Positions 62,945 to 64,000 of a stretch of DNA of 64,000 nucleotides are shown here, one piece after another (position 1 is the first letter of the stretch; each line of letters begins with the position of its first letter). Under the pieces are notes generated by a model that made no database searches, was not told where the DNA came from, and saw only the letters and a program-made list of their open reading frames with translations. This DNA comes from an uncultured delta proteobacterium. Its GTDB lineage: Bacteria; Myxococcota; UBA727; VGSZ01. The translations under genes were made by a program, and so were the position numbers. The stretch spans positions 704,001-768,000 of the forward strand of contig CAVZJB010000011.1 of NCBI GenBank assembly GCA_963775425.1, given 5' to 3'.

Positions 62945-63069
62945 GTTCCCCTCGCTGTTGTCTTGGGCGCGGGCGTCGTCTTCGTCGAGCCCGCCGGCGC
63001 TCGTGTTAGGCCGCCCGCGCGCGGCGGCGCAAGTGACCCGGCGTGCTCCCACCGAGGAGCGCGAAAACG

Positions 63070-64000
63070 CTACAGGCGCCCCTGCGCCTTCACGGTGGCG
63101 TACGCCTCCACGGCGAGCGCCGCGGCGCGGGACGCGGGCGCGTCGACGACGACGGCACCGGCGGCTTCGAGGGCGGCGAGCGCCTTGTTGCGGTGCTGCA
63201 GGAGGCGCGCGGCGGCCTCGGCCAGGGGCAGATCCGCGGCGGCCGGCGCCGGCGCCGGCGCACGCGCCAGGCGGGGCAGCGCGGGGTCGCCGAGCGCGAT
63301 GACGACGGGGAGGTGCCGGCCGCGCAGCCGGGTGACGGCCGCGGCGAGCGCGCGCGCGGACGGCTCGTCGAGGACGTCGGTGACGATCGTGAGGAGCGCG
63401 CGGCGCTTCTGCCGCGCGATCAAGAAGCGGGCAAGCTCGCCGTAGTCGGCTTCCTCGGCGGCGCTCTCGACGGCGTTCATGCTCTGCGCGAGGCTGCGCA
63501 GGTGGCCGCGTCCGCTCACCGGCGGGGCGAACGCGCGCACGTCGCCCGCGAACGCGACGAGGCCGGCGCGGTCGCCGCGCGAGAGCGCCGCGGCCGCGAG
63601 GGTGAGCGCGGCGGTCATGGCCACGTCGAGCCGTGCCTCTCCTCCGTCGACGGCGGCGTGCACGCCGCTCAGGTGGCGGCCGGCGTCGACGGCGACGATG
63701 AGGTCCTGCCGCGTCTCCGGCCGCATGCGCTTGACGATGAGCGTCCCGCGCCTCGCGGACACCTTCCACTCGACGAGCCGCGGATCGTCGCCGCTCATGT
63801 ACTCGCGCAAGGAGTCGAGCTCGCGCCCCTCGCGCGGCGCGCGCCGTCGCACGCCGCCCTCGTCGCGGCCGCGCAGGAGGCGCTCCGCGCGCGCGGCGAT
63901 GCGGGCGACGTCGGGGAGGATCTCGATGTCCTCCTCGAGCGCGAGCCGCGCGCGCCGTCGCACGAGCCCGAGCGGCCCGAGCGTTCGCAGCGCGACGCGC
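63070..64000 (-). CDS. DUF58 (vWA-like) protein, 5' part outside the window
   Basis: GRELDSLREY..GDD.R..WK.SAR, VAVDAGR, GDRAGL, IVTD. Confidence 0.9.
   Translation of the reverse strand, partial: RVALRTLGPLGLVRRRARLALEEDIEILPDVARIAARAERLLRGRDEGGVRRRAPREGRELDSLREYMSGDDPRLVEWKVSARRGTLIVKRMRPETRQDLIVAVDAGRHLSGVHAAVDGGEARLDVAMTAALTLAAAALSRGDRAGLVAFAGDVRAFAPPVSGRGHLRSLAQSMNAVESAAEEADYGELARFLIARQKRRALLTIVTDVLDEPSARALAAAVTRLRGRHLPVVIALGDPALPRLARAPAPAPAAADLPLAEAAARLLQHRNKALAALEAAGAVVVDAPASRAAALAVEAYATVKAQGRL

Overview
Very GC-rich, gene-dense bacterial DNA. The gene content (Ser/Thr kinases, PEGA/TPR proteins, myxobacterial Cys-rich repeats, PilZ/HDOD proteins, (Gly-Glu)n-linker lipoproteins) points to a Myxococcota or related deltaproteobacterium; this is an inference. 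About 54 genes are supported, including rpe, rsmB, queE, comF, pilT, putA, fhs, a roxA-like gene and glgP, plus many secreted or lipoprotein genes. I saw no rRNA, tRNA, CRISPR array or transposase. Best candidates for undescribed systems: (1) a translationally coupled operon at 15150-20447 encoding a secreted SNase-fold nuclease, a lipoprotein made of 9 Cys/Asp repeats and two paralogous outer-membrane beta-barrels, divergent from a cNMP-binding/T2SSE_N/PilT fusion; (2) a 3-gene cassette at 57223-59145 encoding a Cys-His-Asp transglutaminase-like enzyme, a polymorphic-toxin-like protein with no recognisable delivery module and a HEAT-like immunity candidate. Also present: a VPEID-CTERM/exosortase E pair, (GE)n c-type cytochrome lipoproteins, a pseudokinase-PEGA/TPR/Cys-repeat operon, two candidate structured RNAs and three apparent frameshifts that may be assembly errors. 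All calls come from motif reading by eye; no searches were run.
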